From the human T2T-CHM13v2.0 reference genome, Homo sapiens: 64,000 nucleotides of DNA. The stretch lies in the NCBI RefSeq assembly GCF_009914755.1, contig NC_060927.1; one strand, written 5' to 3'. Under the pieces are notes generated by a model. That model saw only the letters and a list, made by a program, of their open reading frames with translations. It was not told the DNA's origin and searched no databases. Each line of letters begins with the position of its first letter. Within the stretch, counting starts at the first letter, position 1. Made by a program: the position numbers and the translations under genes. This document shows, one piece after another, positions 12,694-27,989 of the stretch.

Positions 12694-14207
12694 TCATGGC
12701 CATTTTTAATTTTTCACTGTGTATTTCCTAAGTATAGGGATATGCTCTTATATGACTACAGTACAGTTATCAACATCATAACTTTATATTGGTACAATTT
12801 TATTATGTTCTAGTTTTATCAGTTGACCCAAAGATTTTTTAAATAGTACTTTTCCTTCTCTATTACAGGATCCAGTCTAGAGTCAGGTATTGCATTTGGC
12901 TGTCATGTCTCTTTACCTCCTTTAACGTAGAATACCCTTTGTTTCTGTACAACATTGACATTAAAAAATACACTCCTCAACACCCATATGTGTTAACGGA
13001 ATGATCTTCATTTGGGCTTCATCTAATGTTTCTTCCTGATTAGATTTAGGTTATGCATGCTTGGCCAGAATATTGCATAGGTGATGGCGTGTCCCTCTCG
13101 GGGTGCCACATCTGGTGGCAGGACTCCCATCTACTCCTAATCGGTGGTGTTAATTTTGACCATTTGGTTAAGGTGTTGTCTGATTTCTCTACTGTATAAT
13201 TAATATTTTTTCCCTTGCACTCTTTAATCTGTGGAGAGACACATTAAGACCATGCACATATTCTTCTCCACATCAATTTTTCTCCCTAATTTTTTGCATT
13301 CATTCATAATCCTTGGCTCATCTAATCTTTATAAACAATGGCTGCAAGTTGCTGATTTTCTATCCCAGTACTCTTTCCACATTTATTAGCCAGCACATGG
13401 TATTCTGCCATAAACAAGAGCCCTCTCATCTCCCCTTTTTATTTATTTTTTCTATATATTTATTATCAATATGGAAACATAATTTTCTTTATTCCCCAAA
13501 TGGTTTTTAATAGATTAGTTAATTATTGCCGTTTTGAAATTGCCCCGTATTTGGCTGGTGGGAGCACCGTTAAGCTGGCTTCTGTATCTTTGGGCGTTCT
13601 CCCATCAATTATTTGAGCACTTACTTGATAGCATACCAAGATGTTCCAGGCTCATCTTACACCTATTTACCCAAGCCCTGGAATCAGCCACTTCTCTAAG
13701 GAGTCCTGGTTTCTTTCAGTGGGGAATTATATTAGATAGCAAGCTCTAGGTACTAGGTGTGCTCATTGTTACTAGGTGTGGCATTTTGACCCTTTCAATG
13801 TACAGAACTAGGAAATACATGCTATATACAGAGACATATATATACACACTTGCATATGCATACATATGTGCTTAAACATGTACACATATACATGCGCCTG
13901 TACATATATCTACGTATCTTTGAAATTTTGAATTCGCACCAATACTCACAATTTTCAAGTCATCCCTGCATGGCTATTTCTTGTCTTTCCCCGTTTCATA
14001 TTCGTATGTACCTTCTTTCTCATTGACAACCCTGGCTCCTAAATTAATTCATTTGCTCAACCCTCTAATACATCTAAAATAATTTCACAACTTTTCCCAC
14101 ACCATTACAAAAAAGATTATCAAAAATAGTTCAGGGTTTGTTTACAATTCTTGTTACCACCCTACCCTACTCCGCTGCAAACTGAGGGTGGATGGCCAAT
14201 TACTTGG

Positions 14208-14380
14208 ATTTTTTTCTTCCTTTCTTCCTTTATTTCTTTTTCTTTTTTCTCTCCCTCCATTATTTCCTCCCTCCTTTCCTTCATCTCTTCCTTTCTCTCT
14301 TTTTATTTTTTTATTCTCTTGTTCTTTCTCTCTCTCCTTTCCTCCCTCCGTCTCTTCCTCACTCCTTTCTTTCTGTTCCT
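14208..14380. repeat. CT-rich low-complexity tract
   Basis: Direct read. Confidence 0.85.
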
Positions 14381-15137
14381 CTTAAGAGCAATTGTAGCAT
14401 TCCTTTGAAATACAATTGAATTCATGTGGTTCACTTTGCTTTCAGTTTTAGTCCCCTCCTCCTTCCACCCTTATTGATTTAGCTATTTTTATTATGTAGA
14501 GGATTAAAGTCTTGAGAAAGTCAAAACTATATACAAAAAGGAATATTCTAGGGTGTCAGTTCCTTCCTCACCCCCTCCACTCCTTTGCCGTCCCAACATA
14601 AGAATATATATGAATGAAAACATTCACATTAAACAAAGTGATATGGTTGCCTATAGGGGAAGCATGAGAGAATGAAGTTAAAGGGGAACTTGTTGATCAA
14701 TCAATTGATCAAAATAGGGTTTTGCCCCAGGGATCACTGATGATTGTATACAATGAACCAGGGGACATGACTAACTGCACTCTCAAGTACTTAAGTATAA
14801 TTTCCCCTCACCCCACTCAAAGCCATTGAGACAGATGGCAGAAATTCACAGTGTATGTTCTGCTAAACACTGGTCTCATGAGCTGAGTGCAGGGAAGAAG
14901 TTGTTTCTGGTCAAATAAGTATAGGTAACATTATATATGTGATCCTCTTCTTGGAAGTCTTTCTGTCAAGAAACTATGTTTTCCTGACATGGAATTCTTT
15001 TTTATTTGTATAAATTTCAAGGGTAACAGTGTAGTTTTGTCGCATTTACATGAATATTTTGTGTAGTGGTGAAATTTGAGATTTTAGTGTAACTATCACC
15101 CCAATAACACACATTGTACCCATTAAGTAATTTCTGA

Positions 15138-15519
<382 letters not shown>

Positions 15520-18500
15520 ACCAATGTATATTATTCCATTCAACGTCCAAGTGTAGAAATTATTTAGCTCCCCCTTAGAAGTGAGAACATGCAGTATTTT
15601 ACTGTTTCTGAGTTGTTTCACTTAAGCCTCCAGTTCCATCCATGTTGCTGAAAAAGACATAATTTCATTCTTATTGTGAGTGAATAGTATTTCATTGTGC
15701 CTGTATATATATATACCATATTTTCTTTATCTAATCATCCATTGATGGAACTTAGGTTGATTTCATATCTTTGCTATTATAAATAGTACTGTGATAAACA
15801 TTTGAGTTCAGATATCTTTTTGATGTAATGATTTCTTTTCCTTTGGGCAGAAATCCAGTGGCAGGATTGCTGGACCAAATGGTTGTTCTATTTTTAGTTA
15901 TTTGAGGAATCTCCATGCTGTTTTTCATGGAGATTATACTAATTTACATTCCCACTAATGCATAAGCATTCTCCTTTCTCCACATCCTTGCCAACATGTA
16001 TCATTTTTGAATTTTTAAATAATAGTTATTCTGACTGGTGTAAGATGATATCTCATCGTGGTTTTAATTAGCATTTTCCTGATGATTAGTCATATTAAGC
16101 ATTTTTTTTCATATGCTTGTTGGCCATTTGTATATCTTCTTTTGGAAAATGTCTGTTCATGTTCTTTGCCTACTTTTTAATGGGGTTATTTGGGGATTTT
16201 TTTTTAAGTTGTTTGACTTCCTTGTACATTCTGGATATTAGTCCCCTGTCAGATGCATTGTTTGCAAACATTTTCTCCCATTCTACAAGTTGTCTTTCAC
16301 TCTGTCGATCATTTATTTTGCTGTGCAGAAGATTTTTAGTTTAATGAAGTCTCATTTGTCCATTTTTGTTTTTGTTGCTTGTGCTTTTGAGGTCATAGTC
16401 ATTCATTCTTTGCCTATAACAATGTTCATAGAGTTTTTCCTAGATTTCTTTTAGTATTTTTATAGTTTCAGGCCTTACGTTTATGTACTTAATCCATCTA
16501 GAGCTGATTTTTGTATGTAGTGAAAGATAGGGACCCAGTTTTATTCTTCTGCATATGGCAATTCAGTTTCCCCAGCACAAGTATTGAAAAGGGTGTCCTT
16601 TATCCAGTGTATGTTCTTGTCAACTTTATCAAAGATCAGATAACTATAGATATGTGGCATTATTTCTGCACATTTTATTCTGTCCTATTGATCTGTATGT
16701 CTATATTTATTACATTACCATGCTGTTTTGTTTGCCATAGGCTTGTTGTGCAATTTCAGGTGAATTAATGTGATGCTTCTAGCTTTGTCCTTTTTACTTA
16801 GGATTGCTTTTGTTATTCAGGCTATTTTTTTGGTTCCATAATAATTTTAGGATTCTTTTTTTCTAATTCTGTGAAAAATCACCCTGGTATTTAAATAGGG
16901 ATCACATCGAATCTGTAGAATGCTTTGAGTAGCATGGTTATTTTAATAATATTGATTCTCCTAATTCATGAGCATGGGATGTTTTTCCATTTGTTTTTGC
17001 ATCATCTATAATTTCTTTCATCAGTGTTTTATAATTTTCCTTGCAGAGATCTTTCACCGCCTTGGTTAAACATATTACTAGATATTTTATTTTTTGGTAG
17101 CTATTATAAATATGATTGACTTCTTGATCCAGTCTTCAGATTGATTATTATTGTTGTACAGAAATGCTACTGATTTTTGTATATTGATTTTGTATCCTAA
17201 AACCTCACTTAATTAACTTAGCAAATCTCAGAGTTTTCTGGAAAAGTCCTTAGAATTTCTAGGTACAAGATCATATTGTCAGTGAACAGAGATAATTTGA
17301 CTTGCTTTTTTTCAATTTTGATGTCTTTTATTTCTTTCTCTTGCCTGTTTTCTCTGGCTAGGACACCCAGTACTGTGTTAAATTGGAGTGGTAAAAGTGG
17401 GTATTCTTGTCTGTTCAGCTTTTTAGGGGCATTTCTTTCAACTTTTCCCCATTCAGTATGATGTTGGCTATGGGTTTGTCATATATGGCTGTTATTATGT
17501 TGAGGTATGTTTCTTCAATGCCTATGTTGTTGAAGAATTTTATCATGAAGCAGTTCTTAATTTTATCAGAAGCTTTTTCTGCAGTTATTGAAATGGTCAT
17601 ATGGTTGTTGTCCTTAATTCTGCTCATATAATGAATCACATATATCAGTTTGCATATGTTGAACCATCCTTGCATCCTTGGACTAAAACTCACTTGATGC
17701 TGGTGCATTATCTTCTTGATGTGCTGTTGGATTCAGTTTGCTAGTATTTTGTTGAAGATTTCTGCATCTATGTTTATCACGGATATTGGTCTCTAGTTGT
17801 GTGTGTATGTGTGTGTGTGTCATTGTCTGGCTTTGATATCAGGGTAATACTGGCTTGGTAGAGTTAGTTAGGGAGGATTTCCTGCTCCTTGATTTTTTGG
17901 AACAGTTTTGGGAGGATTGGCATTATTACTATCTACCTCTTTCTTTAGGCCTAGTAATCTTTGTTTTATAAGTCTGGGTGCGCTGGTGTTCTTTGTACAT
18001 TTGGTAGAATTTGGCTATGAATTCATCTGTTCCTGGGATTTTTTTCGTTGTCATTGGGAGATTTTTTTTTACATTACTGATTCAATCTAATTACTCATTA
18101 TTGGTCCATTCAGGATTTCTATTTCTTTCTGCTTTAATCTTGGGAGGTTGTATGTTTCCAGGAATTTATTAATTTCCTGTAGGTTACCTAGTTTGTGAGC
18201 ATATAGTTCTTCATCGTAGTTTCTGATGATCTTTTGTATTTCTGTGGTGTCACTTGTAATGTCTCCTTATTCATTTCTGACTTTGTTTATGTGGATCTTT
18301 TTTTGTTAGTCTAGCTTGTGGCTTGTCAATTTTATTTATCTTTTCAAATAATTGTTTTTTTATTTTGTTGATCTTTTTATCTTTTTTTGGTCTCAATTTC
18401 ATTTAGTTCTGTTCTCATCTTTGTTATTTCTTTCTTCTGCCAGCTTTGAGTTTACTTTGTTCTGTTTTTCCAGTTCCTTGAGGTGCAACATTTGATTGTT

Positions 18501-19554
18501 AATTTGTGATTATTTTTATTTGATGTAGGCATTTAACATTATAAACTTCCCTCTTATCACTGCTTTTGCTGTATCCCAGAGGTTTTGGTATATTGTATTT
18601 CCATTCTCACTTATTTCAAAACATGTTTTAATTTCTGTCTTAATTTCATTGTTCACCCAAACATTGTTCAGGAGTGGTTTAATTTTCACATTCTACAGGG
18701 TTCCACATGGTATTAATTTGTAGTTTAATTCTGCTGTAGTCTGAGAAGATACCTGATATAATTTTGATTTAAAAAATTTATTAAGACTTGACCTGTGGCC
18801 TAACATATGGTCTATCTTGGAAAATGTTCCATGTGCTGACAAAAAAAATGTATGTCTTGCAGTGGTTGGGGAGAGTGTTCTGTATTAACTGTTAGGTTTA
18901 TTTGGTCTAAAGCCTGATTTTAGTCTAGCGTTTCTTTCTTGATTTTCTGTCTAAATGATCTGTCTAATACTGTGAGTGGGATGTTGAATCCCTCACTATT
19001 AGTATTACTGTCTATATCTTTCTTTAGGTCTAGTAATCTTTGTTTTATAAGTCTGGGTCCTCTGGTGTTGGGTGCATATATATTTAGGATTGTTATATAT
19101 TCTTGTTGAATTGATCCCTTTATCATGACCTTCTTTATCTTTTTTACATTGTTAATTTAATGTTTATTTTGTCAGATATGAATACAGCTACTCCTGCTCA
19201 CTTTAGGACTTTGGGTTTTCACTTATGTGGAATATCTTTTTCCACTCCTTTGCCTTCAGTCTATAAATATATTTAGCAATAAGGTGAGTTTCTTGAAAGC
19301 AGACTATAGTTCATTCATTTAAAAAAAATTTATTCAGGCAATCCATATCTTTTAAGTGAAGGATTTAATCCATTTACTTTCAAGGTTAATATTGATATGT
19401 GAGGTTTTGTTTCTGTCGTAATGTTAATTGTTATCTAGTTGTTCTATAGATTCTTTTTTGTTGTTGTTGTTTTTTTTTCTGTTTATCTTTGTGGTTAAGT
19501 GGAGTGCTGTTGTGTTGCCACTTGATTTCTTTCTCTTTCTCTTTTGTGTAATTA

Positions 19555-19906
<352 letters not shown>

Positions 19907-20176
19907 GTCTTGTGAATTTTATACTTTCCTGGCTTTTATGATGGCAAATATTGACCTTTTGTTTCCATGTTTTGTACTCCATTGAGCATTTTTTGTAAGA
20001 CTGGTCTAGTGGTGACGAATTTCCTCAGCATTTGCTTCTTTGGGAAATATGTTATTTCTTCCTCATTTATGAAGCTTCTTCTGGCAGGACATAAAATTCA
20101 TGGTTGGAAATTTTTGTTATTCTTTGAGTACTTTGAAAATAGGATCCCAATCTCTTCTGGATTGAAAGGTTGCTGT

Positions 20177-20481
<305 letters not shown>

Positions 20482-23400
20482 ATGTTTGAAAGGTTTTTGC
20501 TGAGAAGTCCACTGTTAGTCTTGTGGGGCTTCCTTTATAGCTGACTAGAAAATTTTCTCTTGGTGAATTTAGGATTTTTTCCTTCACATGGACTTTAGAT
20601 AGTCCGATGACTTTTCTGGTGAAGAACATCTTGTAATGTATTTTTCTGGTGTTCTTTGAGCCTTTCATACTAGAAAGTCTAAATCTCTTGATAGACTAGG
20701 GATATTTTTGGCTATTGTATTTTAAAATAGGTTTTCTAAACTTTGAACTTTTTCTTCTCCCTTAGGAATACCAGTGATTCATAAGTTTGGTCATTTCATA
20801 TGGTCCCATACTTCTTGAAGGCTTTATTCATTCTTTTTAAAATTCCATTTATTTATTCTTGTCTGATTGGATTAATTCAAAAGATGTGTTTCAGGTTCTA
20901 ATATTCTCTCTTAGGCTTGGTCTAGTCTACTATTGAAGCTTTCAACTGTATTTTGTAGTTCCTTCAGTAATTTTTTTTATTTCCAGAAGTTTTGCTTTTT
21001 AAAAAAAGGTATCTATCTCCTTGGTAAATTCCTCATTCATATCGTGAATTGATTTTCTGATTCCTTTGTATTGGTTTTTAGATTTCTCTTGTATCTCATC
21101 AAGCGTATTTAAAGTGAATATTTTGAATTAATTCTCTGGCATTTTGGAAGTTTCCTTTTATTAGGATCCATTGCTAGAGAATGGCTATGTTCCTTTGGGA
21201 GTGTCATAACACCTAGGGTTTTCATACTTTCAGAATTATTATGCTGATTTCTTCACATCTGGAGAAACAGTCTCTTCTTATTTTTGAATTTAACTTTCAT
21301 TGGGGCAGGACTTTTTTTTCTGGAGGATATGATTATGATGTATTTTGAGTAGGGCTGTTGACTTTGCTTATGGGTGCATTTGGTAGCGAAGACTGTATCA
21401 TTTCCTTGGTTATAAATAGCCTTAGTATGGTGGCTTTCACAAATGCCAGTTGTAGGAGCAGTGTACTGGGTGGGTGAGTGGATTCATGGCATCCTGGGTA
21501 GCTGGAGTGGCATAGGCAATGGTGGTAGTAGAGGTCCTAAGAGGCTTGTCTCATTCCTGAGCACTGTGCAGTTGTGTCAGCAGATGTTGTAATGGGCTGT
21601 GTGGGTTGACCTCTAGGCCAGTAGGTGGTGCTTGCCAGTAAAAGCCAGCTGTGGTGGTAACAGTAGGTTTGTGCTTGATCTTCGTAAACTGAGAGAAGTA
21701 GTCTGTTGTCCCGGTTGGTGGATTAGGCCCTGGAGCACTCAAGGCCTAAGTCCTGCCACCTCTGTCTAGGAGTGGGTGGCAAAGCTAGGCAGAGCCAACC
21801 AGAAAAGACTTGAGGTCCCTCAAGGTAAGCACCAGCCCTGACTGGGGTGGCAAAGGAGTCCTCAGACCAAATATTTGAGTGACGAGTGATCACTGCTGCA
21901 CTGAGGTCTCTGTACTGGCAGTGAGGGACAGTCTCAGTGCCTCTTTCTTGGCAGTCAGGAATGAGGTCTTCTTTCCTCTCACACCCCTGTCCCAGTGTTC
22001 AGAATAGTCAGTTAGGTTAGACACTGCAGTTTGCTTTTAGGCTGCAATATAACCCAGGACCACAGGAGATGCCACTCCAGCGACTCAACACTAAATCTCT
22101 GTGGCAGCTGGCAGTGCGTGCAGTGTGGAGTTTCCACCCACAGCCCCAAACACTCAGCTTTCAGGCTCTGTTACTCTCTAGGGCAGCAATGCTGCATTTC
22201 TATGCAGGAGGAGGGAAAGACACCGCCCTTTGTGCAATGCTGGGCTGAGGCCATGCTGCCAGTGGGGTCACAGTTGTCCCTCAGAGTCCCAGATAGACCA
22301 CACTGCTCATCCACATCAGCCTCCTTGAGCAGCAGCAGTGGCTGTTCCTGCAGAAGTGTGCGAAGCAGGAGGTGGGGTCTTATTCTCCACTCATGAGGCA
22401 GAGTGAGCAGAGACTGCTTGGCCAGTGGTGGGGGACTTGACTCTTCACCTGCAAAGCCCAGCATAGTTTGCATGACTGTTGAAGGCAGGGTCACTTTTTA
22501 CTGTCCCAAACAGGGAGCTCTCAGGCTCTCCTGCTCTTTGTGGCGGCAGCACTAGAGGACCGCCTAGTGGGCTGCCTAGTGGAGTCAGGGGGCCTTTCCT
22601 TTCCTTTTAGTCCAGGCTAAGAGACTATTCCACCAGTGGGGTTGCGGTCATCACTCACAGCCTGAGAGAGGCAGCAGTCTGGTTAGCTTGTGCCAACTTC
22701 CTGTGGCTGTAGCAGTGGCCGTGCCTGGAGTGTTTGTGTGGAGGAGAACAGAGGTCTCCTTCTCTAGGTATGGGCTATAGCACAGAGGCTGCTCAGCTGG
22801 TAGGAGGGAATTTCACTCTCTGAAGAACTGAGCACAGAGTTTGTGCCTCTGCTGGAAGTGGACACACTTTCACAGCCCCATGCAGGGAGCTCTTGGGCTC
22901 TAGAAAGTCCTTTGGTTTTCTTTATCCTGGGGGCTGCCATTTTGGTGTGCTGTACTCGTCTTTCCCTCCACAGAAGTAGCACTCCCTGAGGGCTACAGAG
23001 CTGGAAATCCTGCAGCTCTTTTAGGTCCAGCTAGCAGTGTTGCTGCAGCCCTCCTACTGGGCACTGGGGAATGTCAGAGGGAGCTCCGGGATGTGAAGAT
23101 ACCAGAGTTGAGGTTCCTAGGGCAGGATGCAGTCCCTGAGAACTGTGCTGTCAGAGTGGCATCCTGCTGCAGCCACTGAGTCTGGGTGTAGGGTGAGTGA
23201 CCCAGTATGAGTTTACAGTCTGGTGCAATGCTCTCATATATTCTCCAAATTACCACCCATACTAGTGCAGTCATGAGAACAGAGGAGCTCTCCCATAGTT
23301 CCAATCCCGGAAGTCTGCAGTAGGGATGAGGGCTACCAAAACTCTTGCACTTACCCTTACCTCCAATACTGAGTCGCTCCAGGCTTCTAGCTGATCATGA

Positions 23401-23664
23401 CTAAGTTGGCCTTTCTCTTCCTTCTTTTTCTGTGCTTCAGGTTTTTCCTGTGAGCCCTCCACTGGGTTCTAGTGTTCTCTCTTTGATATTCTATTTGAGG
23501 TATAATTATTCATTATTTTTATTCTTTCTAGGGAGAACTGATGTCCAGCACGTATAGTCAGTTATCTTAAACCCCCTGACATGGAATTTTTTGAATGAAT
23601 ATTTACTATTAACATCATTCAGAACTAGTCTTCAGGGGGACAAATTTTGGAAATTTTGAGTCCA

Positions 23665-23830
23665 TTCATTGACTCAACCATCATTTATTGAGCACTTACT
23701 CTGTTCTGCATGCTGTTTGTGGTAGTGTGCATGGACAGCCAATGACAGAAATATGAAGTACTTGTCCTTGTGGAGCACTGAGGTTGGGAAAAAGGCGATG
23801 AGATAGGCAGAAATACAACAGTTGGATACA
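23665..23830 (-). mobile_element. L2 3' end
   Basis: cattcattgactcaaccatcatttattgagcacttactctg. Confidence 0.65.
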
Positions 23831-26193
23831 TGATGTCCATTACTGTATCCATTCTGGAAAGATGTGTAGAGCCTGATGATCACCTTTCTTCCTTGGGAAG
23901 ACTGCAAAATGCTGACCCAAAAGGAAAGAAAATGAAGGAATAAATGCTTCAACCAACCTGGCGGCTAAGCATCAGGTTAAGAGGGAACATAATGAGGGAC
24001 TTCAACCTTCTACATCATCTGTATACATTTGAGCAAGAGCCAAAAATTAGGGGGTATAAAATTAAAAAGTAAGGGAAAAATTCTCGAGTTTTTGATCACA
24101 TCCCCATGTTGATAAAATATTTATGAGTTCTCCTTCAATTAATTAGAATAAACTATGTAACACTGCAAGAAACACATTGAAAATTGAATAAAGTAAGTTC
24201 ACTTCCAATTTCTTTTGAAGAAAGAAGCTAATTATATTTAGTTCTGTAATTATAACTTTAATTAAAATATAATGCAAAATATTCCATAAAGTGAAAACAG
24301 TGCTGAGTAATAAAATGGAGCTTTTAAGACAATTTGTTCTTTAGATGAAAATTTATAATTAAAATAAAGCCTTTAGTGGACCCTTTCCTCCAAATTTCAT
24401 CCTTTTGGTATGAATTAAATTTAACAATCTTCTTATAAAGACTAATTAATGTTTATTTACCGTTTTAAACCTGTTTCCTCCTGTTTGTTGCGTGCTAAAA
24501 TCTCCTTTTCATCTGTTATAGCTATCTTCCTTTTCGAGTTTGTTTAAAGAGATACTCCTATTTCTCCTTTGCATATCATAATTTATAGCACATTCCTTTT
24601 GAGTTAGAACATCGCTTGAAACTTTCAGTGACTTAAAACTTGAAAGCTCAGATGCTCTTAGAAGTAGTTCGCATATCAGTCCCCTTCACCTGGCTGGCAC
24701 GGAGATGATTTGATTGCTCCAGGCAAACATCCCGGTGGAAGGAAATTTAGATCCTCTAAAATGAAATTAGGAAGGTGATAAAATGACCTTCTGGTGATGT
24801 TTTTAATAATCATTTGCTCTCAAACACTTCTCAGAGGAATAGTTGACTAATAGTTTGCCCAGATGTTAGACTTAAATTCCAAAGTCTACTAGAATGTGGG
24901 ACCATTTGCTGTGATGAAAGTCATATCCATTTCTAAAGGCCTTTTAAACTGCTCTTTAATTTTAAAGCTACTCTGCTTTTACCCAAATCACAGAGGTTTA
25001 TGGAAGGAAGATGCCTAGCTTGAAAGCTCAGAGTTTTTCTACTCAACATCTCTTTATACTTTAGCATTCAAGGAAAGAGTCACTGGCTTATGACTAAGAA
25101 ATATTTATTGAATGCATACTGTATAGAAGATACTATACTTTCTGCGCAAAAATATCTCCCTGAGTAGTTGTTAAAAATCAGATTTCTACACCACCACTGC
25201 CTCCCTCTCACATATTCAGATTCAGTTCATCTTGTGTGGGTCCCAGGTGATTTTTATTCAATTAGTTTGAGAGACGTTGTACTACTGGGTGTCTACAAGT
25301 TCCGGAGTTGAGTAATATTAATACAAAGAACTTACAATTCTAGTGCCTGGTGTTGTTAATTCAGTGAGGGAACATACTTATTTACAACTCCTTTTGCTTT
25401 CTATTGGAGCGGAACTTTTCCTGCTCTTTCCAGAGTGGAGAAGATGGCTGGAGTAAGTGAGGAAAGGAAATTGTCTGCTCTTTGGATGTGGAGAATGAAA
25501 GTCCTGTTGCCTATGATTTGGGCCTCAGTAAATGTCATGGTGAGGTACAAAGTAATCAAGAAAGGCATTGATTGGGGGTGGCTAGGATGCTAGGAAACGA
25601 TGGACCCAGAATCAGTTTCTTGCTTGATGCTTTACTTTAGGGCCATAACCTTGGGTGCCTATTCCTGAAATACCTAACCACTCAGATTTTCAAACCTCCT
25701 GAGTTTTGCAGAAAGGATTGGTGGCTTTTGAAGGGACTTTATGTGCTTCATTTTGATCTATTTTACTGTGTCTAGCTTAGGGTCTGCACATACTGGATGC
25801 TCTAATATTTACTGCACATTTAATTGTCATGGATAAAAATATTTGAAAAAGTAAAATTTGCTCATTCTAATAAGTTAAACCATGGCAGAAACATAAAAAA
25901 ACTCATCATCTTTTGTACTGCCCACATCCTTAAGGTGGCGAACGTGAACAGGTTGGTATGAATATTTTCATATCTTTTGCTGTAGGTAGGTTTTAATATA
26001 TTTTAAACCAAATGATATTATACGAAACCCAATCATCTGCATCTTTTTTTTCTTTTAGGTTTTGTAAAAGCATGTGCTTCCCTGCAGGAACTGTTTACTG
26101 CTAGAGAGCACAGAAACCTAGGACAGGGTGTGTCACGGGAGGCTAGATCTGTGGCCCTTACAAGTCTAGACCCCAAGCAGGAAGATTACAACT

Positions 26194-26452
26194 CAGTGAT
26201 TCTCATGGGGGCATATTTGGGGGGTATTTTGCCACCCCACTCTCCAGGGAACATTTGATAGTGCCAGAGGCACTTTGCTGTCACACCCGTGGGGGGTGCT
26301 CCTGGTATTTTGTGGGTACAGCCCAGGGATTCTGCTCACCATTCTACCATGTACAAGGCAGCCACTGCCCCTACCCCCACCCCTGCCAACTGCCCACACA
26401 GCAAAGAATGAACTAGCCCAAAACGTTAATGGTGCCAGATTGAGAAATATTA
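26194..26452 (+). mobile_element. MER20 (hAT-Charlie)
   Basis: cagtgattctca...cacagcaaagaatgaactagcccaaaacgttaatggtgccagattgagaaa. Confidence 0.85.
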
Positions 26453-26609
26453 GAATAGAGAACAATGAGGACTCTGTCCCTGAAAAAAGAGGGATTTATT
26501 TTCACTCTTGTGGGAAATTCTACCAGGAAAGGATACGGAGCTAAATATCTCCCAACAGTACAGAGCTTTTCAGTTTCTAATGTACTTTCTTGTATAATCC
26601 CTATTTGGT

Positions 26610-26775
26610 GCTCATAAATTGTGTGACTGAGGGCAAGTATCTCTATAAGCCTCTGTTTCCTCATCAACTAAATGGGCCTAATGATATCTATTATTTACAG
26701 GGCAATTCAATAAGAAGATGCACTATGCCCAGCCCATGGGCATTATTCAATATGCATAAGTTGTTACCATTATTT
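26610..26775 (-). mobile_element. MIR
   Basis: tgtgtgactgagggcaagt...aagcctctgtttcctcatc. Confidence 0.75.
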
Positions 26776-26777
26776 AT

Positions 26778-27310
26778 GATTCGGGTTTCATCAGATACAC
26801 AGAAGCCACTCAATGTGTTCCAAGTATAAAGTCTTTTAATTTAGGCAAATAGAGACTTAGGCAATTTTGGGGAGGATGCAGTAGCAAAGGTCAATGGTCA
26901 GAAAAGTTATTTCCAATCATCTCAGTCAGCAGCCTTGAACTCACTGGGTCTAGACACCCGTTGAAAGCTGCTGTAACTCTCAAGAGCTCCAGGATGCTGC
27001 AGGAATCCCTACTGAGCTGTTCAGCATGCCTTGTAGGGGAGGAAGTCTCCAGCAGACACCTCCCACCACTGCAGGTGTCCACAGCACTGAAGCGGGGGAT
27101 GCACACAGGTGCTTGCAGAAGCCACTGCCAACCTTTCCTGTGCTGCGATGCCTCTTTATGATAATGGCTTAATTCTCCTTTCTGCTTTCCAAATCTTATA
27201 CAAGTACTTCTCTCTGGCAGAATCCAACCTGGAGATGTTCCATGAAGGAAATTCTGGAAATTATGGTTCTGACTTCTTTGCAATGTAGAGGACACCACGG
27301 AAGGGGATGA
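26778..27310 (-). mobile_element. Ancient LTR fragment (MaLR/ERVL type)
   Basis: ctctctggcagaatccaacctggag...aaggaaattctggaaattatggttct motif typical of old LTRs. Confidence 0.4.
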
Positions 27311-27384
27311 CAAGGACTTTGAGGTGACAATAGACAGTTTGGCATATTTACTGCAATCGCTCTTATTTCTGCAGTTCTCTGAAA

Positions 27385-27975
27385 TAGGCATTATCTTCAC
27401 TTTTTAGGTGAGAAAATGGTCACTCAGAGAGGTGATTATATTCTTCTGAAGTATAATTTGTGACAGACCTGGATTCTGAATTTAATATTTTCTCCACTAC
27501 ACAATCATTCTCTAGATGTCGTACAAAAAATTAGCCATGACTCTGGAGTCATTAAAAGAAATAAAGGCTTTATTTTTCCAAACATTTTTCTTCCATAAGT
27601 CTAAATTTCTTTATTATTCATTTGGGTTAAAATATTAAATTCCTCTTTTAAAGTCACAGTAAAATAATAGAGAGGGGTGGCCATAAAAACATTATTGATG
27701 ATTGACATCTTAATCCAAATATCTTTTTCATCAAATTAGAATATTATGTCAAAGGAATCCTATTGTCCTTCTGGCTGGTTTCCCTATAAAGCAATGCAAT
27801 GGAAAGAGAGTGGATTTAGAGTTTGACTTGGGTTTTGTGATTTGCTCTCCAAGTGACTTTGGGCAAGACAGTAGCTTTGCTGAGCTCTGGTATTCTCATA
27901 AATAGAAGGGAGATGACACCATTGCCCTCAAAATTTCAATATGAAGATTTAATAAGATAATATCAAGAGAGCATG
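27385..27975. mobile_element. MIR fragments
   Basis: aggtgagaaaatggtcactcagagaggtga (+); gtgactttgggcaag...gaagatttaataagataat (-). Confidence 0.6.
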
Positions 27976-27989
27976 GAGAAGCACCTTAT

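Larger units (their letters stand above)
10490..14540 (-). mobile_element. Old L1MC-like 3' region, interrupted at 10753-12693
   Basis: 3'UTR motifs resume after the insertion (tgtgtatttcctaag...tacagttatcaac). Confidence 0.65.

Noticed and set aside
24080-24800. Possible decayed DNA-transposon coding fragment or conserved element
   Set aside because: No transposase motif or TIR could be read with confidence.
24639-25032. 14-bp direct repeat cttgaaagctcaga 380 bp apart as a TSD
   Set aside because: No poly-A, TIR or recognisable element between the copies; a 14-mer match can occur by chance in 64 kb.
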